The position numbers were made by a program, and so were the translations under genes. Below are positions 61,430-64,000 of a stretch of DNA of 64,000 nucleotides, piece after piece. Position 1 is the first letter of the stretch. Each line of letters starts with the position of its first letter. The DNA comes from an uncultured delta proteobacterium (GTDB lineage: Bacteria > Myxococcota > Myxococcia > Myxococcales > Myxococcaceae): the NCBI GenBank assembly GCA_963713045.1, contig CAVQKE010000005.1:32001-96000 (forward strand), in the 5' to 3' direction. Below the pieces are notes generated by a model, which was not told where the DNA came from, ran no database searches, and worked only from the letters and a program-made list of their open reading frames with translations.

Positions 61430-64000
61430 AAGGTAACGACCAGCCTCTGGCTTTGAAAACGGCAGTCATGGACGGCAACACCGCGGCGGCGCACGTCGCT
61501 TATCGCGTGAACGAGGTTTGCGCCATCTTTCCCATTACTCCCTCCTCGACAATGGCGGAGCTCGCCGATGCGTGGGTGGCGCAGGGCCTGAAGAACATCT
61601 GGGGCCAGGTGCCCGTGGTTCAGCAAATGCAATCCGAGGGCGGGGCTGCAGGCGCAGTGCACGGCGCGCTGCAAAGTGGTGCTTTGACCACCACCTTCAC
61701 GGCCTCACAGGGCCTACTTCTGATGTTGCCCAACATGTACAAAATCGCGGGCGAGCTGACGCCGTGCGTTTTTCACGTCGCGGCGCGCGCCCTGGCCACC
61801 CAAGCCTTGTCCATCTTCGGAGACCACTCCGACGTCATGAGCGCACGCATGACTGGCTTCGGCATGCTGGCAGCGGCATCAGTCCAGGAGGCGCATGACC
61901 TGGCCGTCGTTGCGCAAGCGGCCACGCTGGAGTCGCGGGTTCCCTTGATGTTTTTCTTTGACGGGTTCCGTACCTCGCACGAGGAGAACAAAATCACGCT
62001 CATCCCGGACAGTCAGATTCGGGAGCTCATCGACGACGAACTCGTCCGCGCTCATCGCGCCCGCGCCCTGACGCCCGACCACCCGGTGGTCCGCGGCACG
62101 GCACACAACCCGGACACCTACTTCCAAGCGCGAGAATCAGTGAATTCGTTCTACGCACGAGTGCCAGCAATTGTGCAGACGGCCATGGACCGGCTCGGAG
62201 CATTGACAGGCCGTCGTTACCGCCTTTTCCGCTACAGCGGCGATGCCGACGCAGAGCGAGTGGTGATTGCCATCGGCTCAGCGTGCGAGGTGCTCGACGC
62301 GACAGCGGCCTGGCTCAGCAGTCGAGGTGACAAAGTGGGTGTTCTTCGGGTGGCTCTTTACCGGCCGTGGGACGTCAAGGCGTTCCTGGCCGCAATGCCG
62401 AAGAGCGTGAAATCGATTGCCGTGCTCGACCGGACCAAGGAGGTCGGCGCACCAGGCGAGCCGCTCTATCTGGACGTCGTCACCACCTACGCCAAGGCGT
62501 TTGCGGATGGCAACGTCACTCACATGCCCAAAGTCATCGGCGGCCGCTACGGGCTGGGTTCGAAGGACTTCGACCCTTCCATGGCGAAGGCCGTATTCGA
62601 TGTGCTGAAACACCCCGAATCACGGCACGGTTTCACGGTGGGCATCGTCGACGACGTCTCTGGCACCAGTCTTTCAACCGATGCAAGTTTCGACGTCGAA
62701 CCAGCGGAGGTCGTTCGGGCCTTGTTCTACGGGCTTGGCGCCGATGGCACGGTGGGGGCGAACAAGAACACCGCCAAGATTCTCGCCGCATCCCCGGACC
62801 GCCACGCCCAGGGGTACTTCGTCTACGACTCGAAAAAATCCGGCTCATATACCATCTCGCACTTACGTTTCGGCCCCAAACCCATCAGAGCCCCGTATCT
62901 TCTCAAGTCTGCAAACTTCGTCGGAGTTCATAAATTCGAATTCCTTTTTAAGTTCGATGTGCTTGGCGCGGCAGCGCATGGAGCAACGCTGCTTTTGAAC
63001 AGTCCCTACGACGCGGCGGTGGTGTGGAATGAGCTGCCACGGGAGGTCCAGAAGCAAGTCCTCGACAAAAAACTGAAGCTCTATGTCGTCGACGCTTCGA
63101 AAGTCGCATCTTCGCTGGGCCTCGGTTCTCGCACCAACACCATTCTCCAAACTTGCTTCTTCGCGCTGTCTGGGGTGCTACCCCGTGAGCAGGCAATCGC
63201 TCAAATTAAAGAGGAGACCGAGCGCACCTACGCCCGAAAGGGCCGGGAAATCGTCAAGAAGAATTTCGAAGCCATTGACACGGCTTTGGCCAGTCTCTTT
63301 GAGGTAAAGATTCCAACAACCGTCACCAGTCGGCGCACGCTCGACCGGACGGTGCCCGAGTCAGCACCGGAGTTTGTCCAACGCGTCACTGCCGCGATGA
63401 TGGTGCAGCGCGGAGATGCGCTGCCAGTCAGCGCGATGCCGGTCGACGGCACCTACCCCACTGGAACAACGCGCTTCGAAAAGCGAAATATCGCCGAGGA
63501 AGTGCCCATCTGGGAATCGGACCTCTGTATCCAGTGCGGGCAATGCGCGGTGGTGTGTCCGCACAGCGTGATTCGGGCCAAGTATTACGAGAAGGGCAGT
63601 CTGAAGGATGCGCCCACCCATTTTCGGGCGGCGGCAATCAACGCACGTGGCTATCCGGATTCGCGTTACACGCTCCAAGTGTACGTCGAGGACTGCACAG
63701 GGTGCGGGGTCTGCGTGGAGAACTGTCCTGCACACAGTCCGGACGACGCTCGGAAGCGGGCGATTAACATGAAGCCGCGCTTGGAGCACCTCGAGGCGGA
63801 ACGAACCAACATCACTTTCTTTGAGACGCTGCCCTGGGCGGACCGGACTCGAGTGAATTTTGCGAACGTGCGAGGGATGCAGTTTCTCGAGCCGTTGTTC
63901 GAGTTCCCGGGCGCTTGCGCTGGCTGTGGCGAGACGCCGTACTTGAAGATGCTCTCGCAGCTGTTTGGGGACCGGCTCCAAATTGCCAACGCCACCGGTT
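61426..64000 (+). CDS. nifJ: Pyruvate:ferredoxin (flavodoxin) oxidoreductase (3' part outside window)
   Basis: Manual translation: MDGNTAAAHVAY...FPITPSS, MQSEGGAAG, GLGADGTVGANKN, CIQCGQC, ACAGCGETPY. ATGA overlap with the upstream gene. Confidence 0.96.
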   Translation, partial: MKGNDQPLALKTAVMDGNTAAAHVAYRVNEVCAIFPITPSSTMAELADAWVAQGLKNIWGQVPVVQQMQSEGGAAGAVHGALQSGALTTTFTASQGLLLMLPNMYKIAGELTPCVFHVAARALATQALSIFGDHSDVMSARMTGFGMLAAASVQEAHDLAVVAQAATLESRVPLMFFFDGFRTSHEENKITLIPDSQIRELIDDELVRAHRARALTPDHPVVRGTAHNPDTYFQARESVNSFYARVPAIVQTAMDRLGALTGRRYRLFRYSGDADAERVVIAIGSACEVLDATAAWLSSRGDKVGVLRVALYRPWDVKAFLAAMPKSVKSIAVLDRTKEVGAPGEPLYLDVVTTYAKAFADGNVTHMPKVIGGRYGLGSKDFDPSMAKAVFDVLKHPESRHGFTVGIVDDVSGTSLSTDASFDVEPAEVVRALFYGLGADGTVGANKNTAKILAASPDRHAQGYFVYDSKKSGSYTISHLRFGPKPIRAPYLLKSANFVGVHKFEFLFKFDVLGAAAHGATLLLNSPYDAAVVWNELPREVQKQVLDKKLKLYVVDASKVASSLGLGSRTNTILQTCFFALSGVLPREQAIAQIKEETERTYARKGREIVKKNFEAIDTALASLFEVKIPTTVTSRRTLDRTVPESAPEFVQRVTAAMMVQRGDALPVSAMPVDGTYPTGTTRFEKRNIAEEVPIWESDLCIQCGQCAVVCPHSVIRAKYYEKGSLKDAPTHFRAAAINARGYPDSRYTLQVYVEDCTGCGVCVENCPAHSPDDARKRAINMKPRLEHLEAERTNITFFETLPWADRTRVNFANVRGMQFLEPLFEFPGACAGCGETPYLKMLSQLFGDRLQIANATG

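Overview
GC-rich bacterial window, probably from a Myxococcota/deltaproteobacterial organism (inferred from gene content, not proven). It runs from a partial ppk1 to a partial nifJ. It carries housekeeping and redox genes (OYE, GSTs, korAB, phbB, PFOR), several outer-membrane beta-barrel candidates, an accessory region (about 25.6-45.3 kb) ending at a tRNA-Arg 3' fragment plus an excisionase remnant, and a Rieske/cytochrome b/multiheme cytochrome cluster. Most notable: (1) two unrelated exported proteins (20915-21682 and 53325-54143, minus strand) are each split by one in-frame UGA followed after 12 nt by a SECIS-like hairpin, making them candidate unannotated selenoproteins that the ORF track shows as broken pairs; (2) a 1192-aa lipoprotein polymorphic toxin with a pretoxin HINT domain, a His-rich tip and a double-CxxC immunity candidate. 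Several genes carry single-base frameshifts that look like assembly errors. All calls come from reading the sequence; no database searches were run.
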